A stretch of 64,000 nucleotides of DNA from Rebecca billardiae RCC1528 (lineage: Eukaryota > Protista > Haptophyta). The notes under the pieces are model-generated. The model saw only the letters and a program-made list of their open reading frames with translations, was not told the origin of the DNA and made no database searches. The translations under genes were made by a program, and so were the position numbers. Location of the stretch: the NCBI GenBank assembly GCA_965240325.2, contig OZ251231.1, forward strand, positions 2,418,001-2,482,000, in the 5' to 3' direction. Numbering within the stretch: the stretch's first letter is position 1; each line of letters starts with the position of its first letter. Shown piece by piece: positions 25,224 through 38,224 of the stretch.

Positions 25224-25463
25224 CGCGCAGCAACCCGCAAGCGCGCTCGGCCGACCCGCTGGGTGGGGAATTCCCTCCCCGTGGCAGGTCCTTGTGAGCG
25301 GGCGTGGTGCCAGTCTCAGGCTCTCAGCTGCTGGGTGAGCTTCAGCATGGCTGCCGCCGCCGTGCGTCCCGGTCTCCCGGACTCAAGGAAAGTAAGACAA
25401 GTGACGACGAAGCACATGCCGGTCCTACTCATCGCGCGGTGAAGAGTGACGGCCGCGGAAATC

Positions 25464-27452
25464 ATGCGCTCGCGTGCCAAGCTGCGCTTGCTCCAGGCGC
25501 AGCTCGCGGCGGCGTGGTGCGCCGCGACAGCCTCACCCGTGCGCATCGATGGCGCCTGGCGCGCGCACGGCGCGCGCTGCTTCGCTACGAGCTCCTGGCT
25601 CCGCGCTGAGTGCCACGCGCATGCGGTGGCTCGCGCGCGCGTGCACATGGGAGCGGATCGTGGCGGCGGAAGCGAGCTGAGCGGTGGCGGCGATGTGCAC
25701 GCGTCCCCCGACCTGCCAGCCCGCTTCGCACGCGCCCTCGAGGAGGGCGAGCTCGTGCGGATGGGCGCGACCGTTGTCGCCCTCGTGAGCGGAGGCAGCG
25801 ACTCTGTCGCTCTGCTTCACCTGCTGGCCGGCGCGCGCGAGGCGCTCGACCTGCGGCTGCACGTGCTGCACTTCAACCACGGCACGCGCACGGAGTGCGA
25901 CGCGGAGGAGGCCTTCGTCGCCGAGCTCGCGGCCGCGCACGACGCCCGACTCCACGTGCGCCGTCTCGAGGCTGCGCCGAGCTCGGGGCTGCAGGCGCGC
26001 ACGCGCGCGTGGCGGCGCGCCGAGGCGGTGCGGCTGCTCGACGCCCTGGGCGTGGGCGAGGGCGCGGCGGGGAGGGACGGCGTGATCGCGCTCGCGCACC
26101 ACAAGGACGACGACGAGGAGACCATCCTGCTCAAGTGGCTGCGCGGCTGCCACGCCACACGGCTGCGCGGCATGCGCGCGCGCTCCGGGCCGTTCGTGCG
26201 CCCCCTGCTCGGGGAGCGGAAGGCCGCGCTCACGGCGTGGCTGCGGGCGCGCGGGCTGGCGTGGATGGAGGACGGGTCGAACGCGCAGCCGACGTACAAG
26301 CGCAACCGCGTGCGCCTCGAGCTCGTGCCCCTCCTGCGCGAGCTCACGGGCGGCGCGCTCAGCGTGCGGCTCGAGCACGCGGTCGCACAGGCGCAGGAGG
26401 CGCGCTCTCTGCTCGAGGAGTGCGCGGCACCCGCGGCCACGCGCTGCGCGGTCGCCGGCGAGCCGGGCGCGCTCGACGTGCGCGAGCTGCTCGGCCAGCC
26501 GCGCGCGGTGCAGACCGAGCTGCTGCACGGCTTCCTCGCCCGCGCCGCCGGGCGCGCGCCCTCCTACTCCGAGGTGCGGCGCGTGCTGCAGCTGCTGCGC
26601 GCCGCGCGCGCGAGCAAGCCGCAGCGCACGGTGCAGCTGGCGGGCGGCTGCGCGCTCGAGCTGTGCGGAGGGCGGCTGCGCGCGGCGCGCGCGGGCGGCG
26701 CCGAGCGCGGGGCACCAGCGGGCGGTGCGGCGGAGCGCGCGCAGCCCGTCCCGCCGCCCCCGACGCCGGGCCCGGCGCAGCCCGCCATCACCATCGCCGC
26801 GCGCGCACACCTGTGGCGCGTGGCGGCTGCGCACGATGCGACAGCGCCGCTGCTGCCGCCGCCTGCGCGCGCGCTCACGCTGTACAACGTGCCCGCCGGC
26901 GCGCGGCTGCGCGTGCGCGCGCGGCGAGATGGCGACCGCTTCCACCCGGCGTGGCGCGAGCGTCCGATCAAGCTGAAGGACTTCCTGCGCGGTCAGCGGC
27001 TGCGGCTGCACGAGCGCTCGCACGTGCCCCTGCTCACACGCGTGACGGCGGCGCCGGGCGCGGGCGCGGCTGTGCGCGCCGAGGCTGGAGGAGCGACGGG
27101 TGGGCGGGCGGGCGAGGCGGCTGAGGTGGAGGAGGTGGTCGCGGTGTTCACTGGGCACGTCGCGCGCGCGTACGCGGAGGACGGCGGCGAACGACCCCCG
27201 CTGCATGTCGCCGTCGAGCCGGCCACGACACATGCGGACCAGGACGGGCGCGCAGCTGCTCGCGATGCTGCCGACGCCAGCAGTGGCAAGGATGCCGCCT
27301 CCGTTGGCCTCGACTCGCGATCCGAGCCCGGCCAGCCGGCTGAGGCTGACGCGGTGATGATGACAGCAGGCGGCGGGAGCTATGACGACGACGCCGAGGC
27401 TGCTGCTGACAATACTACCGATGATGACGACGACGACGACGACTACTTTTAG
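25464..27452 (+). CDS. tilS: tRNA(Ile)-lysidine synthetase, probably organelle-targeted
   Basis: PP-loop VSGGSDSVALL, HFNHG, LAHHKDDDEETILL, VRPLL, EDGSN..YKRNRVR and C-terminal RRDGDRF..KLKDFL. Arg/Ala-rich N-terminal extension. Confidence 0.93.
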   Translation: MRSRAKLRLLQAQLAAAWCAATASPVRIDGAWRAHGARCFATSSWLRAECHAHAVARARVHMGADRGGGSELSGGGDVHASPDLPARFARALEEGELVRMGATVVALVSGGSDSVALLHLLAGAREALDLRLHVLHFNHGTRTECDAEEAFVAELAAAHDARLHVRRLEAAPSSGLQARTRAWRRAEAVRLLDALGVGEGAAGRDGVIALAHHKDDDEETILLKWLRGCHATRLRGMRARSGPFVRPLLGERKAALTAWLRARGLAWMEDGSNAQPTYKRNRVRLELVPLLRELTGGALSVRLEHAVAQAQEARSLLEECAAPAATRCAVAGEPGALDVRELLGQPRAVQTELLHGFLARAAGRAPSYSEVRRVLQLLRAARASKPQRTVQLAGGCALELCGGRLRAARAGGAERGAPAGGAAERAQPVPPPPTPGPAQPAITIAARAHLWRVAAAHDATAPLLPPPARALTLYNVPAGARLRVRARRDGDRFHPAWRERPIKLKDFLRGQRLRLHERSHVPLLTRVTAAPGAGAAVRAEAGGATGGRAGEAAEVEEVVAVFTGHVARAYAEDGGERPPLHVAVEPATTHADQDGRAAARDAADASSGKDAASVGLDSRSEPGQPAEADAVMMTAGGGSYDDDAEAAADNTTDDDDDDDDYF

Positions 27453-28619
27453 TTAGACGACGACGACGGCGACTGCAGTCTGCAGCCGCACTCGCAGGCG
27501 CAGCACCGTGTCCGTTGTCAGCATATCATCGTCAATACACCGAAGTTGAGATTCAGCAGAGGCTACGACGACTACGACTGCTACTGCTGCTAGTATATAA
27601 TTTTATAAAATTATAAGTCGCGCGGCTGGACGCGCGGCTAGCACGGAGCCTAGTCTCGGCTGCTGTCAGTGTCAGCGCAGCCGCCGCCAATCTCAATCTG
27701 CAATCATTTTAATTGAGTCGGCCCGACTGCTACGATCCGCGAGTGATGTCTGATGACACGACTAAGCCTACGCGACTAAGTGATGAGCTTCAGCTCGGTT
27801 CGTCACATCATCATCTAGCTATCGTCATCATCAGTCATCACTCTATTCCGGTAGTCGTCGTATCTGATGCTGCTATAGTTAGTAGTCGTCCGCGTCAATC
27901 AATAGCTACGTGAGTAACGCTACTAGCTACTGCGGCGAGTCGGACGACGGCCTGTGGCAGTGGACCGCCCCCGGCCTGCCCCTGCCCCCTGGCCTGGACG
28001 GCCAGAGCGGGCCGGCCGCTCGTTCGTAACATTGCCAGCCCTGTCCATCGTGCTGCCCTGGCCGTCGAAGCCTGCTGATGCCGCCACCGCTGCCGGGCGG
28101 GCCCGCGCCCGCGACGGCGCTGCGCCCGGCGGCGGCCCGTCGCGGATCGGGCCCTGCGCCTGACCCGCCTGTAGTGTCACTGACGATATCGAAGCCTAGC
28201 TTAGCCGTATCGTCGCGTCAGTATTCAGTATTGTCACTACGTCGTGCGGCGGCATGGCCCACCGGGGCCACCGGCGCGGGTCATCCGGGTCCCGGCGGTC
28301 GTCCCGGCCCCGGGACTCAGACTGCACGTCTGCGGCGCCCGCGGCGCCTCCGGCGGTCCGCTGCCGCACCGGCGCACCGGCGCACCGGCACGGTGACCGG
28401 GCCGCGGGTCCGGCGCCGGTGGCCCGCAGGGTACCGGCGCGCCCGACTGCCACTAGTCACTCGATGACGCGGTCCGGCTCAGCAGACGGACAGCAGGCTG
28501 TCTTCATGATGATGATCAACGCGGCAGGCATGCATATACGTATACAGTACGTGCGCATCGATCGGCATCATCCTCGGGAGCATCCCGAGGGCGGCCGGTA
28601 CAGTAGCAGCACCAGCAGA

Positions 28620-30541
28620 TCACTCCGGCGGTGGTCGGTTGTCTTCCGGGTCCGGCTCGAGGTTGAGGCGGTGGGTGCCACTTGGCCCGGACGGCAGCCT
28701 CTGCGCATGCACGGTCTCAGCCGGGCCCCGCGCGGACACCTCGCGCCGATCCGCCTCCATCGCCTTGCGCACCCGCTCCTTCTCCTCCTGCTTCGCCTTG
28801 AGCGCCTGCCCTCGCGCCGCCGCCGAGCGCGCGTGAGGGCGGAGGGACAGACAGCGCGCAGGGCGTGTGTGCGCGCGGGGGGGCACGCTGAGGGCATCGC
28901 GCCGGCGGCCGGCGGGCGCTGGCGCGCAGGTGGCGGCGGGATGCGCGCACGCACCGCCTGCCGCTCTGCGCGCAGCTTCTCGCGCTCCGCCGCGTCCCGC
29001 TCCTTCTTCTTGTTCTCCGCGGTGTCGCGCAGCTGCGCGACCGCAGTGGCCATGGCGTCTGCAGCCACCGAGTCCGGCAGCACGAGGCACTCGCCCTCGC
29101 GCTTCCAGCCCACCGCCACCATGAAGAGCTCGCCGCCAAACGGGCGGATCAGCCGCTCGTGGATCTTCGGGTTGCTCGTGCGCACACTGCGGTACTTGGG
29201 CTGTGGCCGCAGGCGCGGCGCCGGCACGCGAGCGTCCACGGCGTCGGCAGTGAGCGCGCGCGCCGTGGGGGGGGGGGCGCGGGGAGGGGCGGCAGCGCGG
29301 CAGCCGGTGCGCGCGAGTGCGTGCGCGCTCGGCGGGCGGGGCGGGCGAGCGCGTGGTGCCGCCCCGGCGCGCGGCACGCGGCGCGCCCGCCTCGTCGGCG
29401 CGGCGCGCACCTCGGACGGATTCTTGAGAACATTCTCGCCGAGCTTGGTGGCAGTCTCGACGAACGACTCGAGCAGGAAGTCGCGGTTGGTGCACACCTT
29501 GTCGATGGCCTCGGGCACGGGGACGACGGGCATCTCGACGGGCTTGGGCGGCGGCGCCGCCGGCCTCGGCGCCGCCGCCGCCGCCGGCTCCGCGGGCTTG
29601 GGCGGCTCGGCCGGCGGCGTGGGCGCGGGCTTGTCTGAGGTGAGCGGCGGCAGGCCGGCGGCCTCGCGCTTGGCGCGGCGCTCGGCCTTGTCGCGCTCGA
29701 GCTGCTCGCGCAGGTACGCGCGGTGGCGCAGGTCGTCCTGCTTCTCCTTCCGCCGCGCCTCCGCGTCGCGCTTGCGCTGCGCCTCCTCCAGCTCCGCCTT
29801 TGTCTTGACCATCTGCTTGCCCGACTCACGCCGCCTCTTCTCGCGCGCCTTCTCCTCCTCCTTCTCCTGCTCCTCGCGCTTGCGCTGCGCGGCCTCGACG
29901 GCGGCCTGCAGCTTGGCCTGCTTCTCCTCCGGCGTGAGCTGCGAGTTGATCGAGCGCGCCGCCGCCGCCTCGTCGATCTGCGCCTGCGGCAGCAGCAGCG
30001 GCAGCACGTCCAGAGGCGCGTCGATGTCCGCGTCCTCGCTGTGGTCGGCGAGCCAGCCGACGGCGGCCTCGAGGCCGCCGTTCGAGGTGCGCACGAGCGC
30101 CTTCTCGGCACGCGGCTGCGTGAAGCCCATCTCCATCAGCTGGTCCATCACCTCCTTGCTGATGTGCATCGGCTGCGGCTCGGCGGCGGGCGCGTCCACG
30201 TCCATCGGCTCGGCGCCGTCCTCGGCGGGCGCGCCCGGCTCGCGCGCGGCGGCGGGCTTGCGGCGCGATGCGTCGTGGCGCTCCTTGAGGAAGCCGACCG
30301 TCTTCTCGTCGAACGTCTTCGCCGTCGGGTCGCGCCGCTTGTAGATGCTCATCTCCGTCTCGGAGACGCACACCTTGCCCGTCTCCGCACAGATCCACAC
30401 CTTGTCGTCGAGCGAGACCTGCTCGAACTCGGCGAAGCCCGTGTCGTCGTTGTGCTGCTTGGCGTCCTTCTCGGTGAAGAAGAGCTTGCCCGTGCGGCTG
30501 CACTTGAGCACCATGTTCTTGACATCCTCCGCCTCCGACAT
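28620..30541 (-). CDS. UBA + coiled-coil + PUB domain protein (UBXN1-like p97 cofactor); introns 29201..29410 and ~28806..28954
   Basis: UBA motif QLMEMGFTQPRAEKAL..AAVGWL; PUB-like ENVLKNPSE|PKYRSVRTSN..VGW; degenerate Zn-finger-like N-terminal repeats. Confidence 0.8.
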
Positions 30542-30843
30542 TGTCCGCCGCGGTTGTTGGCCCAGACGCGTCTCCGCGCTGGCGCCCTGCTGGGCGTTCA
30601 GCGTGGGCGCGCTTTGGCGTGGAAGTCCGGGAGCTGAGCTTGACCCGGACCTGGTCGTCCACTCCTCTCGGTGTCGGTTTCGACCAAGGGCCGGACACGC
30701 CGGCTGTTTTACCAAAGCGAGGGTGCTTGACCCATTCATGGCGGCACGGCTCTTCTAGCCAGCGCGGGCGTGAGCTTCACCCTTGGGAACAAGGTCGCAC
30801 AGGGGAGCAAGAGGGATCCGCCTCGGCGAGCGCGCGCGCCGGC

Positions 30844-33690
30844 ATGGCGGATCTCGCCCTGCAGGAGCAGGCGGAGGCGCTCACCGACGGCCGCTGGCCG
30901 TACGTCCAGCCCGCGCCCTCCGACCGGCCGAACTCGCGCGGGTCGAGCTCGCGCGTGCGCGTGTCGCGCCAGCGCGTCCAGCTGCTGTCGGACACAGTGC
31001 TGCTCGAGCGCGAGCGTAACCTGTTCCGCATGAAGCAGCAGCACCTCGAGGACGAGGACAAGCGGCTGCAGCAGGAGATCTCGCGCATGGAGCGCGAGAT
31101 CGAGGAGTACACGCACCGCGCGTCCAAGCTGCCAAAGGCGCGGTACAAGCGCGGCGGCAACAAGATGAAGCGCGAGCAGCTGCTGATCTCGCCGGCGCTC
31201 GCCGAGGTGGAGAAGCACCGGACGGCGAAGCAGGTCGAGTCGCTCAAGGACAAGCTGCAGCTGCTGCACAACAAGCACAACGACATGCTCGCGGTGAACC
31301 GCAAGCTGCGCATGCAGGTGGAGGACCTGCGGCGCGTCAAGCTGCACCAGAACACCTCCATGTCCTTCGCGCACTCGGTGGCCGAGCGGACGGGCGTGAA
31401 GATCTCGGCGATGATCACCTCGGCGCAGCGCGCGTACGCCGAGCAGGAGGCCGCGCACGCGCGCGTCGCCGAGGTGCGCGAGCACGCCGAGCAGCGGCGC
31501 AAGGAGCACGCGCACGCGCTCGGCAGGATCGACGCCGAGACGCGCGAGATCGAGGCGGCCGAGGCCGAGCGCGAGAAGGAGGTGGAGGCGCTGGAGAAGG
31601 AGTGCCAGCAGACGGTCGCGATGGCGCGCGCCGAGGAGGAGCGCCGCGCCAAGGTGCAGGCGCAGTACAAGGCCATCGTCGACAAGCGCGTGCGGTACCA
31701 GGACGGGCTGGACGAGATCATCTCCACGCTGCGCGTCAAGTCGGTCTCCGACCTGATGGCGGCGTACACGATGACGGCGGCCAAGATCCTCAGCCTGTGG
31801 GACCGGCACGCGGAGCAGGAGGCGGAGCTCGAGCGGCTGGAGGGCGAGCTGCGCGAGCTCAACGTCGAGCGCGCCGAGTTCGAGGAGCAGCAGCACGCGC
31901 TCGAGATGGAGCGGCTCGCCGCCGAGCACGACAGCGACGAGGACGGCGGCGGCGGCGGCGGCAGCGCAGTCTCTCAGTCGGCGCACTCGAGCGCCAAGGC
32001 GCAGTCCGTGCGCGCGGCGAAGGAGGCGCGGCTGTTCGAGCGGCTGCGCGTGAAGGAGGCGCTCTCGCAGCGCGTGTGCGCCACGGTGCACGCCCTCGCG
32101 CAGTCCATCCCCGCCGCGTGGCACCTGCTCACCGCCGAGGACGACCAGATCGAGCTCACGTGCGGCTCGCACAACGTGTTGTCCTTCTTTGCGGCCGTCG
32201 AGTCGATCGTGGCCGCGCAGGTGCTCTCGCTGCGGCGCGAGCAGCAGCGGGCGGTGCTCGCGGCGCAGGAGGCGGCGGAGGAGGTGTCCGCCTCCGACGC
32301 GCTCGTCGACGCGCAGGCCGCCGCCGACGCCGCCGCGCTCGCGCACGACGGCGAGCGCAAGGGCACGGCGCCTCGCGACGCTCGTCGGCAGCGCACGGTC
32401 ACAGTCACGCCGCCCACCATGGAGGGCATCATCACGCGCGACCGCTCCGGGGACGAGGTGAACGTGTTCGTCGGGCTCGGCGAGCGGCGGTTCGGGCGCA
32501 AGTCCCTGCGCTCCGAGCTGATGCTCCAGATCCGCGAGGGCGTCGCCGAGCAGCGCGAGAAGATGGCGGAGGAGAAGATTCTCATCCAGATTGGCGAGCG
32601 CAAGCCGGAGGCGTCGACCCGCGCCGAGATTGACACGACGTTGCGGGACCGCTCGATCGACTCGTGGCTGCACCGGCGCGGCAAGTCGGACAGCGCGCCG
32701 CCGAGCACGGCGGGCTCGTTCGGCGGCAAGCCGCTCGCCAAGCAGCGCTCCCTGCCCGGCGCGAGCCGCGGCAGCACCTCGCGCGCCTCCTCGCGGCCGC
32801 ACACGGGCAACGCGGACGTGCTCCGGCTGGGCGCTGCGCCTGACGAGGCGGACGAGGAGGCGGCGACGCCCACCTCGGCCGCCGCCGCCGCCGCCGCCGC
32901 TTCGCCGCCGAGCGGCGGGCCGGGCGCCGCGGCCTCGTCCGGCGGCGCGCGCTCGCCGCCGCCGATCGGGACGAGCACCTCGCTCGTCGAGTCGCTCGAC
33001 AGAAGTGCGTGTGCCACCGCGCGCACCGCCCCCGCGCCCCGCGCGCGAGCGAGCGAGTGCGCCTCTTGCGTGCGCGCGCTGACGCACCGACCGGCTGCGC
33101 GCGCGCGCGGTGCGGCACGTGCGCAGCGTCGAGCATGTCGCACGCGCCACTGGCTGCGCTGCGTGACGGGCCCCGGAAGCCCAAGCCCGTCGACCAGTCG
33201 AGCGTGGTCGACCGCCTCCACGCCTCGCGCAACGTCGAGTCCCTCGCCGTCACGGAAGGCGCGAGCGTGTCGCCACAGCTGTCCTTCACGCTGCTGCCGC
33301 GCAGCCGCGTGGCGCACGCGCAGGCCATGTCGGCGGAGGGCTCCGGCGTGGGGGCGGATGGGAGCTCGCAGCTGTACCCCAAGGCGGACATGGAGAGCGA
33401 CATCAAGCAGCTCAACGCTCGGCTCACCCGCCTCGCACAGCAGCGCGAGTACCTGCGGCTGATCAGGGTGCGCACGCACACACGAGCGCGCAAGCGCGCG
33501 CGCGCGAGAGCACGCTGCGCGCGCGCCGCGCGCACGCGGTGGAGCGCTCACCCGCCTCTTGCGCGCCCCTGCTTGACGTGCCTCCTTACGCCCCGCCGCG
33601 CAGGAGGCGCAACTGCCCCTCTCGTCGGTGCAGAAGCAGCAGGCGCAGATGCGAGCGCAGAACGTGATTCCGATGAACCCGCCCAGCTGA
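30844..33690 (+). CDS. Coiled-coil protein similar to outer dynein arm docking-complex subunits (ODA1/CCDC114 type); introns 33005..33126 and 33468..33603
   Basis: Long coiled coil. LKDKLQLLHNKHNDMLAVNRKLRMQVEDLRR resembles the family signature as recalled; not searched. Confidence 0.6.
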
Positions 33691-34507
33691 TGCAGCGCCT
33701 GACAGTGACGGACTGACAGTATCTGAGAGTATCGCCTCTCGGCTGTGAGTGTGAGCCCGCTCGCGGCCATGCAGCGCTTGTGCCCGGCCCTACTGCGACA
33801 ATGCGCCTGATAACTAAATTATTACTGGCTAGATTACGTCTCATGTTCGGAGAGCCTCATTGACCTTTAGTCCGACCGTGAGCTAGTCAGTCCAGTCTGT
33901 CACCGTAATTGCGATCTGACGCGCCAGGCTTATGGCGCTCCGCGTCAACGGTTACAGTACTCTCTCCGCAGTACTCGGTCGTCACTGCAGACTGCTGCGC
34001 GCTGTGATTCAGCGGTAGCTTGCGCGCGCGCCGGGTGCCACAGTATTCAGTTACGGCGGTCAGCCTGATCCGAGAGTCTCTAGACTCTACGTCAACTTGA
34101 CAATTTTGGTCTCCGCTACTAGCGGACTTCTTACACGTCTACTAGAGTCGCGGCCATAGGCCTTACTGCCAGGTCGGGCTAGTATCGGGCAGCACAGCTG
34201 GGGCGGTCGGCCGCCAGCTGCGTGCGGTCCGAGCTTGCTCACGTGTGTTGGGACTCAGAAGTACAACCAGCCCCAGGTGCGCGCGCACGACGTGCGTCAC
34301 GTCGCCCAGTTCGCGCCCGTCCACTTGTTCACTCAACCGCAAGGTCCGCCATAGCCGAGAAGCAAAACAAATCTTAATAAGCGAAAGTCGAGTCCGGGCC
34401 GAGGGCTCCGGGCGGCCGCCCTGGCGCAGGCCTGGGACCCAGGACTCGTCCGCCCGGCGCGCCCAGTCCGCACCGCCCTCCCCGTCCGCTCCTCGGTCGC
34501 TCCGACG

Positions 34508-35789
34508 ATGCCTTCCGCCACCCAGCCCGACCAGCCGCCACTCAAGGCCGTGACGCTCTACAAGAATCGGCTGGGCTTCTACGAGCGCGAGACGCCCATC
34601 GGCGCCAAGCGCTCCTTCAAGCTCGCCTTCCCTTCAGCCAAGTGCACCGCGATCGACACGCTCGACGTCGAGCTGCGCGGCGCCGGCCAGGCGAGTGCGT
34701 CCGTGGCGACGAGCGTGACGCGCGCGCCCGCCGAGCCCGAGCCGGCGGCCCCGCCAAGCTTCGCCTTCGACCTCGGCTCGGACGGCTGGGGCGACTTCCT
34801 CGCGTCGGTCGTCGGCGCGCGCGTCCGTCTCGCGCTCGAGGGCGCTGACGCTCCCGAGCTGGTGGAGGGGCAGGTGATGATGGTCGAGAAGGAGCAGCGC
34901 GCGGTGGAGGGGACGCAGGAGGTCTCGGTCGTGCCGACCTCCGTCTACCTCCTCGAGGAGCCCGCAAACCTCCGCCGCTTCGAGCTGCGCGCCGTGAAGT
35001 GCGTCGCGTTGCTCGACGAGGGTCTCAAGGAGCAGCTCAAGAGCGCGCTGGGGCACCGGCTGGCGCGGCGCGCGCCGGCGCCGCCGAAGAAGAAGGGCGT
35101 GGACGTGGACGTGACCGTGCTCGGCACGCCGAGCGGCGATGAGCGCCTCTCCGTCAGCTACGTCGAGGAGGTCGAGGAGTGGGAGTGCGTGTACGCGCTT
35201 CGCATGCGCTCGGCCGCGCCCGCAGTGGGCGCGCGCGACGACGCCGCCGGCGCCGGCGGCGGGCGCGACGACGGCTCGTCCGTGGTGATGGTGAACGACG
35301 AGCTCTCCGAGATGTCCCTCGGCGGCTCGGACGCGCGCCGCCAGCCGCCCGCGCGCGTCGATCTGCACCAGCTCGCGCGCGTGGCCAACACGACCGCGGA
35401 GGATTGGGTCGATGTGCGGCTGCGGCTCGCGGCCACAGAGATGATGCTCGCCTCGCGCGAGCGCGCGCGCGCGGCGGAGGCGAAGAAGAGCGGCGGCGGC
35501 GGCGGCGGCGGCGGCTCTCGCGCGGCCGGCCGCGCCTCCGCCTCCGCCGCGTGCGGCGGCAGCATGCAGCTCTTCATCAAGACGCTGACCGGCAAGACGC
35601 TCTCGGTCGACACGTCTCCGGCCGCGACCATCGAGATGCTCAAGGCGCTCATCCAGGACAAGGAGGGGATCCCGCCGGACCAGCAGCGGCTGATCTTCGC
35701 GGGGAAGCAGCTGGAGGACGGGCGCACGCTCGCGGACTACAACATCCAGAAGGAGTCCACGCTGCACCTCGTGCTGCGCCTGCGCGGTG

Positions 35790-35826
<37 letters not shown>

Positions 35827-37108
35827 GGCCGCCGCGGCCTCGGCGGCGACGGCCGACGCGGAGGAGGAGGTGTTCGAGGCGCTCGACGCGTCGGCGCTGG
35901 CCGGGCTGTTCGAGCACGTGGTGTACAGCGCGCCCACGCCCGTCACCGTGCGCGCGCACTCCACCGCCGTCGTGCCCCTCGCCTCGCACCGCGGGCTGAG
36001 CGGCGAGCAGGTGCTGGTGTTTGACACGTCTGAGAGCGCGGTGTGCGCGCGCAAGTGCGTGCACCTCACAAACGAGTCGGACGCGGTGCTGGCGCCGGGC
36101 GAGGTGAACATCTACTGCGACGAGCAGTTCGTGCACCAGGCGATGCTCATGCCCATGCTCCCGGGCGACGAGCAGCTCGTGCCCTGGGGCGAGGACTCGA
36201 CGCTCTCGGTGACGGTCTCCCAGCCCACAGACGGACAGAGCGTCGAGACCACGGCGGTGCGGCTGCTGCGCGCGGCCGACCGGCAGGGGCGCGGCGACTT
36301 CGTGGTCGGCTGCGAGCTGTCCAAGCTGGCGGTGCGCACGACGCGGTACACGGTCAAGAACAACTCCACCTCGCGCGCCGCGGTGCTCTACGTCGACCAC
36401 ACCGCCGCCGCCGCGCACGGCGGCTTCGCCGTCGTCACGCGCGAGCGGTGCATCAAGGCGACAACCGCGTTCGCGCGCTACCGCTTCGAGCTGCCGCCGA
36501 TGGGCGAGGCGGTGCACGCGGTGACGGAGGAGGCGCGGTACACGCAGCGGGTCGAGGGGCTGCGCGGCGTGAGCGCGCTGCTCGAGGGCGAGGGCGCGCG
36601 CCTGCTCCGCGCGGGCGTGCTCGCCGCGACGGACGCGCAGGAGCTGCGCGCGCTCGTGACGCGCACGCAGCTGCTCGGCGCACTCGCGCCGCTCGCGCGG
36701 CTGAGCGCGGGGCTCGACGGCGCGCTCGTGCGGCGCTGGGAGCGCGAGGGGCTGCCGCTGCCCCCGGCGCTGCTCACGAAGGCGAAGAAGGCGGTCGAGC
36801 TGCACGACTCGCTCGGCGCGCTCGGCGCGCAGGCCAGCGCGCTCGAGGCGCAGGTCCGCACCGTCCTCTCCGACCAGGCGCGCGTGCGCGAGTCGATCCA
36901 GGCGCTCGAGAACGTGGGCAAGTGCTCGCTGCTCGACCGCTACCTCAAGGACCTCAACCGCTCCGAGGACGAGATCGTCGAGACGCGCAAGAAGATCGGC
37001 ACCGTGCGCAGCGGGCAGGACAGCGTGCGCGCGCAGCTCGGCGCGCTACAGGAGCAGGTCGACGCCGACTGCGCCAAGGTGCGCGCGCAGCACGACTTCC
37101 AGCAGTGA
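34508..37108 (+). CDS. DUF4140/DUF4139-type protein with an internal ubiquitin domain (35564..35791)
   Basis: Motifs [49 protein letters not shown] and TTRYTVKN. Internal [11 protein letters not shown]...[42 protein letters not shown]; C-terminal coiled coil. Confidence 0.82.
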
Positions 37109-37305
37109 GTTACGTGAGCAGCGTGCCGACGGCGCCGCGGCGGCCACACCGCGCGTCGCGGCCACATCACCGCGCGTGCATGCACCGTCACCGCGTGGCC
37201 GTTCACGTCGAATCAGTCGTCGCGATCCTCATCAGCATCATCTTCATATGTGCCGCCGCTGTAGCGACGATGATTTCGTCATGCGCATTGTCACTGCTAC
37301 GCGTA

Positions 37306-37433
<128 letters not shown>

Positions 37434-38224
37434 TGTCTAGCCGTCCTCGTGAACGCCGACGCCAACTGCTGGCCGAAGGTGGGCACGCCGCCTGGCATGT
37501 CGATGCCGAGGCGGCTGCGTGTGTTCCTACTCAGTGGGATTTACGTGTCCTCATGCCTTGGCGAGCGGCAGCAGATGCGGTGGGCATGCCGCTCGCCGTC
37601 GATTTACGTGTCCTCATGCCTTGGCGAGCGGCAGCAGATGCGGTGGGCATGCCGCTCGCCGTCGACGAGACGCGGTGCGTGAGTGATCCCGCGCGGACGT
37701 CCGCTGACGGAAGGCTGAGCGCCTGCGGACTCGTCGACTGAACCTCCACCTGACCGCCCGGGAGCAGCACTGCTGGGGACCTAACCTGAAAAACCCAATC
37801 GTGTTGGGAGGCAGGGGGTCACATGAGCCCTAAGTGCAGCGCCGCAAGACCGGGCGGTCGGACGGCGGGTGTTGTGATCCCGCCGCCCGAGCACCAGACC
37901 AACGGGCCCTGGGTGGGCGGGTTGCCGAAAGATGTTGGTCGGTGCACGCGACGCGCCACCCGCGTGCGAGCCGCCGCCGCCGGCGACGCAGGACGAGCTT
38001 GGCTGGAGCCATCTCGCACGCCGCGCCTGGCGAAGCAGGCGGCAGAGGCCGGCGCCGGAAATCGATCTCCTGGGCGGCAGAACAACCCGGACAGACTGTT
38101 TGTCCGGGAGCAGCGCCCTTTGAGGCGATGGTCTGGTAGAGGGCGATGTGGCTGATGAGCGGCGCTGGCGCCCGGCGTTCTTGTCGTCCTCTTAGACAAT
38201 CAGTTATTGTACCAATAACCCCAC
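37434..38224 (+). mobile_element. Family B element B1
   Basis: 5' TGTCTAGCCGTCC; 3' TTAGACA, hairpin GTTATTG-TAC-CAATAAC, then CCCAC. Internal 63-bp tandem duplication at 37538-37663. Confidence 0.7.

Noticed and set aside
27590-28490. AT-rich palindrome (~27593-27616) and imperfect inverted repeat (~28170-28241) as a MITE
   Set aside because: Single occurrence, weak pairing and no TSD.
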